Assembly (NCBI RefSeq): GCF_001194135.2
Contig: NC_068987.1
Span: forward strand, 90,377,470-90,441,268
Reading direction: 5' to 3'
Length of the DNA: 63,799 nucleotides
DNA from: Octopus bimaculoides
Taxonomy: Eukaryota
Shown: positions 37,391 to 50,610 of the stretch, in pieces
Numbering within the stretch: the stretch's first letter is position 1
Layout of the letters: each line of letters starts with the position of its first letter
Position numbers and translations under genes: made by a program
The notes under the pieces: generated by a model
Database searches by the model: none
What the model saw: the letters and a program-made list of their open reading frames with translations, nothing else
Told to the model about the DNA's origin: nothing

Positions 37391-40300
37391 AATAAACACT
37401 AGAAATGTACAAAAAATAGACTATTAAATGCCAGGGGTGGATACCTAGTAGTAGCTGATAGCTTTCGTTATCTAGGTAACCAGGTCAGCAGTGGAGGTGG
37501 ATGCTCTGAGAGCATAGCTGCTAGAAAAGAATAGACTGGGCAAAGTTCAGAGTGCTTCTACCTCAGAGTGAAAGCCAGATTGTATAATGCCTGTGTGCAA
37601 ACAGGTATGCTACATGGCAGTGAAATATGGGCTGTGAGTGCAGAAGACGTGCAAAGATTTGAAAGGAATGAATCTAGTATGCTCTATTGGATGGGCAATG
37701 TCAGTGTGCGTATATGACAGAGAGTAAGCATCTTGAGAGAAAAATTGGGCATAAAAGGCATTAGATGTGCAAGAGAGGTGACTGTGTTGGTGTGGTCATG
37801 TGATGTGTATGGATGAGGACAGTTGTGTAAAGTGTTGATCTCTAACTGTGGAAGGAACCTGTGGAAGAAGTAAACCAACAAAGACAAGGTGTTGAAACAT
37901 GATCTTTGAATGTGGGATCTCATGGAGGAAATGACAAGTGATCGTGACCTTTGGCGATTTGCTGTGCTTGAGAACACTTGTCAAGCCAAGTGAAATCATA
38001 GCTGAAGGAGTAGGGGTGACATGTAACAGCACCCATGCAAAAGCACCCTTCCTTGCTACTCCCTTTGACAGCATCTGTGTCATGGAAGAAGGAGACACCT
38101 GGTGGTCATCCATAATAAAAAAAAGATAAACCTGTGACCTTCACTCTGATACAGATACAGATACATGGTCAAGCCTGAACAATGGAAGTCATAGAGCAAA
38201 ATGGAGAAGACATTTGCCTGGGTTAAAACAAAGATGCCAAGATTGCTTCAGCAGTAAAATCAAAAACATGTTTCTCTGTCTTTAAACCACCTGAAATCCT
38301 TCCATAGAGTTATTTCCATATTACTTCCAGAGTACGACAACAGGTACCAAATCATAAATCTGTGACTAAGACCATTCCCCCATACTGGTCAACTCTCAGT
38401 TAGTTGAGTCACTATGGCACCATCAAAATGGGGGGGGGGGGCAAAAAACAAAAAACAATGTACTTACTGCTTCTTTCAACTATACTAAATATCAATTTTT
38501 AATTTTGGCAAAAGGCCAGTAATTCTGGGGGGAGAGGGTAAGCTGAGTACATTGACCCCCAGTAGGATGAAAAGCAAAGTCAACCCTGGCAAAATTTGAA
38601 CTCAGACCACAAGGACAGACAAAATGCCGCTAAGCATTTTGCCCGGCATGCAAACAGTTCCACCAGTTCACCGCCTTGACCATACTAAATATCAAGTTAC
38701 ATAAGGAAAAGTTATTTGAAAATACTTAATTGTGATATTCTGTATTTTTAAACCAAAGTCTCTTTGTATGAAAGGCCACTTCAGTGCACTTGAAAGTATC
38801 AGGTTTTCTATCAGTCTCTCTTAAATTTCACTGACTAATCCAATGACTGACAGCATGGATTATACGATTATATCTGGTTTCTTACTCCTGTTGGTTCTAT
38901 GAAATTTTCCAAATTTCATTTTGTTCAGATTTTTTCCCCAGTTTTAAATCTTTTCTTTCTAGGCTTGCACAGATGGAATGTTCCATTTAATGGCACAGTA
39001 ATTTTTACTTCACAGATGACTGCCCTCTTCATTGCTTACCATTTGAATGTGAAATAGGAGTGAAACCTGTTTTTGTCAATCAAGTGAAATTAATCAAAAA
39101 GAGTTAATATGTGTTGCTCAAAGCTACCAAATTAAAATGAGTACAGTAGTACCATTGTATTTCACTGAGTATCAATACCAACCATGAACTGATAACCAAT
39201 AGTAAAACTGCATATATCTTTTGTTACTGATGATATCATCAACATCACCGTTTTAACAGCCACTCTTCTATGCTTGTATGGGTTGGATAGAACTAGCTGA
39301 TGTGGATGTTCTATGGCTGGATGCTCTTCCTGTCACCAACCCTCACCTGTTTCCAAGTAAAGTAATGGTTCCTCCATGGCTGGACAGGTTTACATAGAAG
39401 ACTGGAATTGAAGAATGTCAACTGCATGACAGTGACACATAGTTACAACAATCACACAATGTCAAAACAAGGAAATACCAACTCACAAACACACACACAT
39501 ATATATATATGTATATATATATATATATNNNNNNNNNNNNNNNNNNNNNNNNNNNNNNNNNNNNNNNNNNNNNNNNNNNNNNNNNNNNNNNNNNNNNNNN
39601 NNNNNNNNNNNNNNNNNNNNNNNNNNNNNNNNNNNNNNNNNNNNNNNNNNNNNNNNNNNNNNNNNNNNNNNNNNNNNNNNNNNNNNNNNNNNNNNNNNNN
39701 NNNNNNNNNNNNNNNNNNNNTCTGTTTCTGTTCACGAAACCCACTAACAAGGTTTTGGTCAGTCGAAGGCTAGAACAGAAGACGTTTGTCTAAAATGTCA
39801 TGTAGTAGGACCGAACCAGAACCAAAAGTTTGGGAAGCAAGATTCTTGTTACTCAAGAAAATCCATGGCAACATAAGAAAGTATAACTAACCAGAGCAAC
39901 GCATATAAATGCAAAGCCTCAGATTTATAAAAGTGGCGAGGGTGGGGAAGATTACATAACATTCATAGTTTTTTCAAGAACTGTTGTGAAATGGAAGGCA
40001 GCGTGCTGGCAGAAACATTAGCATGCCAGGCGAAATGCTTAGTGGTATTTCGTCTGTCTTTACGCTCTGAGTTCAAATTCTGCCAAGGTCAATTTTAGCT
40101 TTCATCCTTTCGAGGTCGATAAATTAAGTACCAATTGCGTACTGGGGTTGATCTAATCGACTGGCCCTACTTCCGAAGAATTTCGGGTCTTTTACCTAGA
40201 GTAGAAAAGAAGTGTTGAGAGATCAAATTGTTACAAACACGTTTCAAAACCAAGTTCCTGCCCTCCACCACCCGAGTTCTTGCCCTCCCCCACCGAAGTT

Positions 40301-41864
40301 CCTGGATGCTAAAATATGAAAGGATTCCAACAAGTATCAACCATTCCATTTGATCAGTTTCTAAGAAAGAACCGGACAAGACATACAACTGTAAGCAGTT
40401 GTTGTTTTTATCTTTTACTTATTTCAGTTACTAGACTGTGGCCATGCTGGAGCACTGCCTTGAAGAAACTATAATCGAATGAATAGACCCCAGTACTTCT
40501 TTTTAAAGCCTGGTACTTATTCTATCAGTCCCTTTCAACAAACTGCTAAGTTACAGGGACATAAACACACCAACACCAGTTGTGAAGTTGTTGGAGGGGA
40601 ACAAAGAAAGACACATTTTATAAATATATATATATATATATATATACATAAATACAATGGGCTTCTTCCAGTTTCTGTCTACTAAATCCACTCACAAGGC
40701 TTTGGTGAAAACAATGCTATAATAGATGACACTCGCTCAAGGTGCTATGCAGTGGGACTGAACCCAGAACCATGTGGTTGGGAAGCAAGCTTCTTACCAC
40801 ACAGCTACACATGGCCCTATACATTTACTCATAAACAGTTACACAATTAAAGACATTGTTTTTTTTGAAGTTGGAGAAAGCAATGAGTTGACATCCTAAA
40901 ATAACAACTGAAAAGTAACGACTGCTTATTGTAAAGCTATTTCCATATGACATCAATATTATGTTAGCAGGTACTAAATCATAAATATGGGATTGTCACC
41001 AAGACCATTTCCTCTATAGTGGTTAACTGTCACCAAGTTAAAGAGGAATGACACCACCAAAAGGAAAAAAAGAAATTCTTTTAGCTGTCAGATAGCACTG
41101 AATTATCAATCTAGATTGTTCTGTGTTCGAACCCCACCCAAGTCAGGTTTACCATTTTGTATGTCAATAATACCAATTAATTATTTTGGTTCTCAAGTCA
41201 ATTGACTCAATTATTCTATGACATTGAGAACAGATGCAGGTATGGCTGTGTGGTAAGAAGGTTGCTTCCCAATCACATGGTTTTGGGTTCAGTTCCACTG
41301 TGTGACACCTTGAACAAGTGTCTTCCATTACAGCCCTGAGCTGTCCAAAGCCTTGTGAGTGGATTTGGGAGAGAGAAACTGAAAGAAACTCTTTGTGTGT
41401 GTGTGTGTGTGTGTGTTACTAATTGCCTGGCGTTGACATTGTGTGATACTTGTAAATGAATGTCACCGTCATAAAAGCAGTGTCCTTTTCCAATCTTCAG
41501 TGAAACCCTATATGATCATGGGGAAATATTACCTTACTTGGAAACAGGTGAGGGTTAGTGAAGAGAAGGGCATCCGACCGTAGAAAATCCGCCTCAACAA
41601 ATCCCATCCGACCCATGCAAGTATGGAAAAGTAGACGTAAAAATAGAATGATGATGATTGAGAACTTGTACCTATATGATTCCCCATTACTTTCAATTAA
41701 AAAAGAGATGAAAGAGAAGTCAAACCTTGTTGGATTTGAAATCTAGAGTGCGAGGTTAAGACTAGACAATATAAAACAACTGACCCATCGTCTCACCCCT
41801 ACCATATTTATTAACCTTTGTTAATGCGAGTTAATACGTCTTCTCTTGTAAGTGTCTACAATAC

Positions 41865-42043
41865 CTTTCTTCAGGTACTGCAACCAACAAGTCGTGTTTT
41901 ATCAACAACACTCTCCACAAGGCGACGAAAGCAAAAATGCTCGTAGCGAAATTCTTGCTTTTCACGAAGCACAGTTGAACCACTAGGAATGGAAAACCTG
42001 TCCAAAAACTCCAGTCACTGAGAACTTCACAAGACAGGATTAA
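41865..42043 (-). other. Candidate internal (probably 5' UTR) exon
   Basis: Acceptor tttaattttctatttagtatcttttAG, donor AAG|GTATTG; unique CpG-retaining sequence; no recognisable protein. Confidence 0.3.
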
Positions 42044-45000
42044 CTAAAAGATACTAAATAGAAAATTAAAGGGCATTAAACCTGAATATACATCTCACCA
42101 AGTCACTAACACGTGACAGCTCATAGAAAATCTCGTATTATGTTAAAAAATATTTAATAATAATACTAATAATAATGAAAGAATCTTACAATAATTCACT
42201 GCGAGATATATTAACCGACTTTTAATTTTTAATGTTTTTTTTAAAACAGAATTCGGAAACGTACTTGAAGAATGTATGAATAAACGGTAGACAATAGAAT
42301 GGTAATCTGAAGTGTAAGGAATTCCTTTGACGATATAAATAACGCTAGAATATTTAGCATAGGGTTAAAGTTAGAGAATTCATCGAGTCACATGGAAGCC
42401 ACATTAAGAAGAAACACGGGAAACTGACAGAGATGCAAATATTCGGAACAGCTATCGTTAGGAGTTAGAAAATCTCACATTTATGGATATTAAACAAGTA
42501 ATTTATTAATAATTCCTCTGACAATGGGAATGGAAGCGAATGAAAGGCATCATTGCCGATCCATAGGAAGCTGGAATATGCATGCTTTCAGTAAATCAAT
42601 ACCTTCATCACCCACCCACCCCCCTCTTTTCTCTCCCCCACCTCCGGACTTTCGCCAATGGCAGGAATATAGTTGTCACACTGAACAGTGAAATGGTTTT
42701 CAAAGCTGGTCAATGACCACACACAAGCTGTACAATAAGGAATACTAAACGAAGACATGGAATTATGATTCNNNNNNNNNNNNNNNNNNNNNNNNNNNNN
42801 NNNNNNNNNNNNNNNNNNNNNNNNNNNNNNNNNNNNNNNNNNNNNNNNNNNNNNNNNNNNNNNNNNNNNNNNNNNNNNNNNNNNNNNNNNNNNNNNNNNN
42901 NNNNNNNNNNNNNNNNNNNNNNNNNNNNNNNNNNNNNNNNNNNNNNNNNNNNNNNNNNNNNNNNNNNNNNNNNNNNNNNNNNNNNNNNNNNNNNNNNNNN
43001 NNNNNNNNNNNNNNNNNNNNNNNNNNNNNNNNNNNNNNNNNNNNNNNNNNNNNNNNNNNNNNNNNNNNNNNNNNNNNNNNNNNNNATATGACACGGTAAT
43101 ATGGAAAACCCCTAACTGAATAGAAGCTTTGGGTTTGGGAAATTGTTAATTGCCGTCATTTTAAGCCTTGCATCATTATTCTTTACTTTTTAAGATTAGT
43201 AAATTGTCTACCAGTTGTCATTGATAAGTGTTGGAGGACTTGCAGAGAACAGCGTAACCCGAAGACAAAATCGCCGGAAACGACAGCGTAATAGAATTTC
43301 GATTCATCAAACACAATGTCAGATCACTGAATTAATTATACCCGTCATGTAAAACCCATATTAGTCAGCACAAAGGAAACTATATTTAACTGATGCTCAA
43401 AATAATTACTACATAAAGATGAATTTCTTCAAGCCATGTGACAACACACGTAATAAATAATATATTTATTTATTTTACAAGGTAGCAGAAAGAGAAGGGT
43501 TTAATGGTTTGATGAGAGTTGGATGCTGTACATGCTGTTAAAAGTTGTATTTACATCTGACAGTGACGTCTGGAAAGATGACTAGTGCGAAGATAACATG
43601 TGGTGATGGTGGTGGTGAACCGATCAATTTTAGTCTTAACTCTATCAACTTTATATTTTGACACACTTAGCAATGATTGCCGATATTTAGTAGTGCAACT
43701 CTTCATATCTGTGTAAATTGGCAGAATACTGTGTTGGTTGCGTCAGAAGGAAAACGGAACTTTAATAAACGAAGGAAAAATTCCTGTAACATTAGTGTTG
43801 GTAATAAATTCTCTTTAGTACATTAATTCGATAACGAAACAATAAAGAATATAATAAAGAATTTTGGCATTAATCGGGAGGTAGGGTGGAATTTGCATGC
43901 ATGTGAGACTCGATTGACAGACAAAAGTGACAAACTACTGCCCTGTAACACTAACAATCCATCATCTATTCGTGGGTGGGAAACAACTAGGTGAATTTGA
44001 TATCTTTTTAAATCATAGATTTACGTAGTGGAACAATTTACAAGAAACAGTATGTATATCCATTGTAAATATATCTAAAATAATATTTGACATTTAAATT
44101 AGAAAAATAAAATCAGTAATTATACAAGAGAATATCAGACTCATATCCGGGTAGAAACAGTTCCAATTACGATTATTCCAGTTTCCGCTGAAAATGGAAA
44201 AGTATTCTGCAATTACTTATTTCAAAATAATGTATGTTGTAGATACTGTGCGGATGGGGTTTAAAATTGTTAAAGAAAAACCATGTGCTAAATAATAACG
44301 ATATACAGTCATTAATTATAAATAAGTGGAAATTTTCCTTAATTAAGATCTATAATATAGAGAGACAGAATCGTGAATGATGAAAATATTTTGTAATTAG
44401 ATAAGCATTTAGCATTCTTAAAATTTTCCGTAAACTCGACTGAGTACGAGTAAATCTAGAAATAGAGTTGTATGCGATTATTCAAGGTAATTATTGTAGG
44501 TGGATAGAAAAGGTAAGTTAAATAATGAAAGTGGGGAAAAAAATCGTCCTCTTTGCCGTTCTAAGTCCACATGGCATCATCACCTGTCACTTAGTCACAA
44601 CAACAGCCATTTTCACAATAAATTTTTATTGTCTTCGTATTAATTGGATTCTTTGTTCAAAAAGCAAAACTTCGGAATTGAGATTCTCTAAATTCTAACT
44701 TCGTGTTTGAAATTTTTACACGGGTGAAATTTTCTCATTACATTATCGTTCTACAAAAATAAAAAATAAAAATAGCGGTTTTCAAAGAGGGCGACAGCTA
44801 ACTTAATGATTCGTTGCCGGAATACAAGGGGAAAAAAAGGCAAAGATGGGAAGAAAGCTGAAATTCCTTCCAACCCGTTAGAAAATGGTAATCAACTGAA
44901 GATGTCACACCAGCACAATCAGTATTCCCACTTCAAACCTTTATAATGAATGTAGTTAGGTACCCAAATGTTACAAACCCTTTGAAATATGAATTTGCAT

Positions 45001-45755
45001 CAGGCGTTTATTATTATATAAACTGACCATTCAGTCAACTAGTGTGTTTCTGTAGGTGTGTATGTGCGCCATGTATATCGTAACGGAACCTTCTTCTTAC
45101 ATAAATATTTATATTAGAAAAAATATAACATTATGTAAAACAAAAAAGTCTTACTGAACAAAATGGAGTGAGAATGTGAAATATGGAGCAAACCCATCGG
45201 TGTAGACAATAGAATTCACATGGGGACAATTAAGGAACAACGATGATGACACTAGAGGACATGAGCAAGAATATATTTTGATTATTAAGCTAATCTAAAA
45301 AGCTATATTGACTGTGTATGTATTTATACATTGACATATCGATTTGTCATCGATAATTTAGTAGAGAGGGAGAAATGGGTCGTCAACAAGGAAAAATCCT
45401 TCTTGCCGGCAGGAGATCAGGTAAAACGGTTACATTTACCTATGAGCTGTAAGTCCGCATGTGTGGTGACGAAAGGTGATTGTAGATTGCGAAGACTTAG
45501 AAAGAAAGAAAGAATGAAAAAAAACCCGACCTGGTTACTAAGAAACAAGAATCATCCCCAATATTTAACACACACATTGAAGTAACAAGATTAGGCATTT
45601 ACAATTGTATCATTCGAGACAAAAATGCTGCCAGCATCGAATGTTAAGTCGATGCGGATTTTTCTCTTTTCTTTATGTATGTGTGTGTTTGTCATAAACT
45701 GAGACTTGCTGTCGGTAACAATGAGTCAGCTACTAATCACACACACATACATTGT

Positions 45756-45789
<34 letters not shown>

Positions 45790-46299
45790 CACACGTGTTT
45801 ATAAAGTGAAACAAAGAAAATAACATTTCTCTATTCAATCCTACTCGAGTATATAGATATATATATAAAAGTGAAAGTCTATAAACACACACATATATGA
45901 TGCGTGTATACACACACACAGACGAACGCATGAAAAAGCAAGTGCGCTGAATAGCAATAATGATAATTGCAGAAGACGACAGGATCAGCAAGATTGAGTA
46001 ATCGGAGGGCTGAGTGGAAAACAGACATAAAGAACACACAAAGCGAAACCGATTGACAAAGTTTAAACAAGAGACAGGCAGTCAAGGTATGGAGAGGGAG
46101 AACTTTAAACCATACAACAACGGTAAAGGGAATGAGGAGACCAAAATATGAACATCATTCATCTTCGTCTCCTTCTCCTCCCTCGTCGTCGTCGTTCTTT
46201 CTTTCTTTCTTTCTTACTTTTCTTTTCTTTTACCTTTTTACATTGTCCCACGTCCATTCTAGTCATCAACAATACAAGAGACAACAAAGCGGAACTTAC

Positions 46300-46435
46300 C
46301 TGAACTATTATGTATATGTTATAAATAGGTCCTTAAGATTTGGAAATGTTGTAGAGGAATCAAGAGAAGGTATCCAGAAAAACGACAACTGCCACTACTT
46401 AACTACAACAGCTCTCGCACAAGACAAACCAGCCA
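46300..46435 (-). other. Probable non-coding first exon of a minus-strand gene
   Basis: Consensus donor CAG|GTAAGT at 46300/46299; starts ~25-30 nt downstream of a TATA box; contains only a short upstream ORF; 5' boundary approximate. Confidence 0.5.
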
Positions 46436-46454
46436 TTATTCCAGTTAGGTACAG

Positions 46455-46620
46455 TGCTATTTATAGCGACCAATCAGCAACTGCCTTACATTCAGTGCCC
46501 GGTAGTTCGTGTGTCTATGTAGGTGGGAGTTAAATTAAATGAGGAGTAGGCAGAGGCGCACTTCTCTCCAAGATGTAGCGAGACGGGTGGAAGGGATTTA
46601 GTTACGCGAGAAACTGCCAA
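46455..46620 (-). promoter_or_regulatory. Pol II promoter candidate
   Basis: TATAAATA on minus strand (46458-46465), GACCAATCAG CCAAT box (46468-46477), CpG-containing motifs (actaccggg, tctcgcgtaa) upstream, inside a CpG-retaining unique region. Confidence 0.5.
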
Positions 46621-48720
46621 AAGAAAAAAAATCGGAAAGGAAAATAATATTAGAAACTGTGTTAAACCATAGGGGAAAATATTCCGAAAGGATTTAGGTT
46701 ACAGGAATCTTCTTTAGAATTATTTTTCTTTTCTTTTTTTCTTTTACCGGTTCGATTTCAGAAGACTTTCTTTCGTTGATAGAGATTAAAATATTGTTAT
46801 TTACAATTTAGCTTTTCACGGTCTGTCTTTCTTTAAAAAATACAATAACTTTCCAACATTATAATGCTAATAAAGAAAGATCTGCTGTTAAAATTAGTTG
46901 AGCGGTGGTGAAAATGCCATGTGTTTCGCTAGGTCCCTTTTTTTTATTTTTTTTTTTAACGTTTTGAGTTCAAATCCCACCGGAGTAATCATCGTCTTTT
47001 ATTTTTCCAGGAGTCGATGAAATAAATTACCAGTTAGACATTGAAATCTATGACCAAATATAACTTTCTCCCCTAAGTTTTTGCTGTTTTGTAACCAAGT
47101 TAAAACCCCAATATTTAATACTAATGGAAGGACTACAGTGTGCCGGGCAAATATATATATAATTATGTCCCTTTACATTCTGAGTTCAAATCCCGCCATG
47201 GTCGACTTCGCCTCCTATCCCTCCGAGATTGATAAAATAAGCACCAGTAATTTACAAAATAAGAAATACCCCCTCCCCCATGAATGTCACCCTGTACTAA
47301 CGCACTAACTCAATGTGATTAAAATTCTACAACATCGGAGCGATTACCTGGCTCCTCTATTCTGAGTTCAAATCTTGTTAGGGTTAGCTGTACCTTTCTT
47401 TTCTTTAGGATTGATGTACCCGTGGGTGGGTCATTTCAATCGATTATATTTGTATTGTTTAAATCGACATTTTTACTAGTCCCCGTCAAAATATAATCTT
47501 TTATCTCTTCTACTTGCTTCAGTTACTGGACTAAGGCCATGCTGGGGCACTGCCTTGAAGGGTTTGAAGGATCTTAAGTCCGGTATTTATTCTTTCAGAT
47601 CTTTTTTGCCGAAGCAAAGACATAAACAAACCAACACCGGGTGTCAAGTGAGGGGAAAAACAGATACCTGCCCCCCCCCCTCACATACACACACACACGT
47701 ACACATATATACACACATGTACACATGCACTCTGATATCTATCTTTTATTATCTTGTTCCATTCATTACACTGTGGTCATGCTGGAGCACCACCTTGAAG
47801 CATTTTAGTTGAACAAATCGACCCCATTGCTTTTGTTTCTTTTTTAAACCTGGTACTTATTCTATTGGTCTCTTTTGCTGAACTACTAAGTTACACGGAT
47901 GTAAACAAACCGACACTGGCTGTCAAGCAGTGGCTGGGGAGGTTTTAGGATTTTTATTTATTTGCTCGCTTTCACCTTTGTGTTTAAGTGAAACTTTATG
48001 GTTTGGTCATTTTGACTGCTCTTTTTAGCATGCTTGTTAGTACCATTAATTATTAATATATATATATATACACACATACATACACACACACATGAAGGGT
48101 TTCTTTCATTTTTCTTCTACCAAATCTACTCACAAGGCTTTGGTTGGCTTCGGGCTATAGTAGCCGACTCTTGCCAAAGGTGCCATCCAATGACACTGAA
48201 CCCAGAACCATATGGCTTGGAAGTAAAATTCCTACCACACAGTCATAACTATGCTTATATATATATGTGTGTGTAATAGGCTTCCATACAGTTTCCTTTT
48301 ACCAAATTTATTCACAAGGCTTTGGTTGGTCTGGAGCTATAGTAGAAGATACACACCTAAGGTGCTGTGCAGTAGGATTGAACCTGAAACCATGTGGTCG
48401 CAAAGTGAGCTTCTCAATCACATAGCCATGCTTGCACTGATAAGCAAACATTTGACCCCCACCCCACCGCCCCCACGCCATTTGATGAAAAGACAAAATA
48501 AACTTTGTGTCCATATAATTCTTTTTTCTTTCCATGATGTTAGACAAGCTTAAAAAGTCTAAAACTTCTTTCCATTAAACAAGGCAATTTGTCAATCCTT
48601 TCTCAATCCTCAAAATCTCCCCCCACCTATTACACTACCCCGCTTTCCTATTAGTGATAAGCAGAGATAGTACAGCATTGGATTTCTTATGATTTGAGTT
48701 CTAAAGAACCAGGTCCCATT

Positions 48721-48891
48721 CACTAGCATAGCTTGAGTGCGTGCCACCCAGGGTGGCCCTTCCGTTTGCCACTCCCCTGGACGCCACAAAAAAACACATA
48801 TTGCCACCCCTTTAAAAGATCTGCTAGGGGCGGACCACAACCCCCCACCACCACCACCACCACTACCACCACCACCCCAGCTACACTAGTG
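48721..48891. mobile_element. hAT-type MITE, 171 bp
   Basis: TIR cactagcatagct / agctacactagtg; perfect 8-bp TSD gtcccatt (48713-48720 / 48892-48899); internal (CCA)n. Confidence 0.85.
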
Positions 48892-48900
48892 GTCCCATTT

Positions 48901-49295
48901 CACCCCTTAGCATTCAGATTACTCTATCACATGTAATACTTGTTTATGTACATTGTTTTGCATTTACCCTTAACCATTTAAACCAGTCACATCCGGCTGA
49001 AATATTCACTTGTTTTATGTTCAAACTGGCCAGATCTAACCTCTCACACCTACCCGACAATGTCATTCTAAAAATAAACAATTGCATGATTGAAATCTTG
49101 AAACTATGAGATAATACATAATTAATTGAAAACAATGTGAATAATTAAAGCATTCCTGACAGAATAATCTTTCAGATTTCGATAACAGGATTGTCTATTG
49201 TTAGAATGACATTGTAGGGTAGGTGTGAGAGGCTGGATCTGGCTAGCTTGAACACAAAGCAGGTAGGATATTTTGGCCTTATAAGATCTATTTAA
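48901..49295. mobile_element. Composite/rearranged piggyBac-like MITE
   Basis: Two terminal-type sequences (cccttagcattcagatt; cccttaaccatttaaacc) and an internally inverted segment (49020-49075 vs 49200-49260). Confidence 0.55.
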
Positions 49296-49299
49296 ATGC

Positions 49300-50606
49300 T
49301 AATTGGTGAATGTATGTGGCAGATGCTCAGGAGCAATAAACACTGAAAATGTGCAGAAAGCAACATTTGCCACACTCCAGGGAGAAAACCTAGATGTAGT
49401 TGATAGCTTCTGCTACCTAGGTGACCAAGTTTGTTATGGGGGAGGGTGCGCTGAAAGTGTAGCTGCTAGAATAAGAATAACCTGGGCAAAGTTTAGAGAG
49501 CTCTTACCTCTGCTGGTGACAAAGGTAGACTATATGATGCATGTGTACGAACAGCCATGCTACATGGCAGTGAAACATGGGCTGTGACTGCTAAGGACAT
49601 GCGTAAGCTCGCAAGAAACGAAGCCAGTATGCTCCGATGGATGTGTAATGTCAGTGTGCATACTCAACAGAGTGGAAGTACCTTGAGAGAAAAGTTAGAC
49701 CTAAGAAGCATCAGTTGTGGTGTCAAGAGAGACGATTGCGCTGGTATGGACATGTGGCAAGAATGGATGAGGATAGCTGTGTGAAAAAGTGCTACACCCT
49801 AGCAGTTGAGGGAACCTGTGGAAGAGGTAGACCCAGGAAGACCTGGGATGAGGTGGTGAAGCACGACCTTCGAACATTAGGCCTCACCGAGGTAATGACT
49901 AGTGACCGGGACCTTTGGAAATATGCAGTACGTGAGAAGACCCGGCAAGCCAAGTGAGAGCATAATCTGTGACCTCTGCCAGAAGTGTAGTCAGCTCACT
50001 TATTCATATCTTTACTTCATTGAACACTAAAAACTCTACTTGCGAAGACCTGTTGAGGCAAGTGAATTTGAAATCTGAAATCGAAATCGAACTGAATCCG
50101 ACGACTGGCACCCATGCCAACCTCTCCTTCATTGGACACTAAACTCTGCTTGCGAAGATCTGTTGGGGCAAGTAAAATCGAAATTGTAATTAAACCATAT
50201 TTGATGACTAGCACTTGCACTAGTGGAGCACTAACAGCACTGTCCGAGCGTGTTTATTGCCAGAGCAGCTGTCTGGCTTCCATGCTGGTGGCACGTTAGA
50301 AAATCATTCAAGCGAGGTCGTTGCCAGTGCCGCTGGACTGGCTCCCGTGCAGGTGGCACATAAAAAACACCTTTTTGAGCATGGCCGTTGCCAGTACCAC
50401 CTAATTGGCCCTTGTGCAGGTGGCACGTAAAAGCACCCACTACACTCTCAGAGTGGTTGGCATTAGGAAGGGCATCCAGTTGTAGAAACTCTGCCAGATC
50501 AGATTGGAGCCTGGTGCAGCCTTCTGGCTTGCCAGTCCTCTGTCAAATCGTTGAACCCATGCTAGCATGGAAGGTGGACGTTAAACAAGGATGATGATGA
50601 TGATGA
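49300..50606 (+). mobile_element. 5'-truncated RTE LINE with 3' UTR and (GAT)n tail
   Basis: VVDSFCYLGDQ...RITWAKFRELLPLL; MLHGSETWAV; RRLRWYGHVARMDEDSCVKKC...GRGRPRKTW; same family as 36590-38120. Confidence 0.9.
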
Positions 50607-50610
50607 GGAA

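Larger units (their letters stand above)
36590..38120 (+). mobile_element. 5'-truncated RTE LINE (RT motif, Cys-rich finger, C-terminus), interrupted by an insertion
   Basis: ELLYADDFVLIAESLSELEKKFQVWKQGLESKGLRVN; WPCLICRKGVSRNSIRC..CKLWTHKRC...CDRC; reading continues after 37406 (SFRYLGNQ...MLHGSEIWAV); split at a 16-bp TSD. Confidence 0.85.

Noticed and set aside
39007-39070. Possible minus-strand mini-exon ending ATG|GTAAGC near 39040
   Set aside because: Several alternative acceptors, none compelling; single-site evidence only
45375-45452. Short ORF MGRQQGKILLAGRRSGKT with a P-loop-like pattern
   Set aside because: Only 25 codons; the possible donor splits the motif; no downstream plus-strand exons; pattern easily arises by chance
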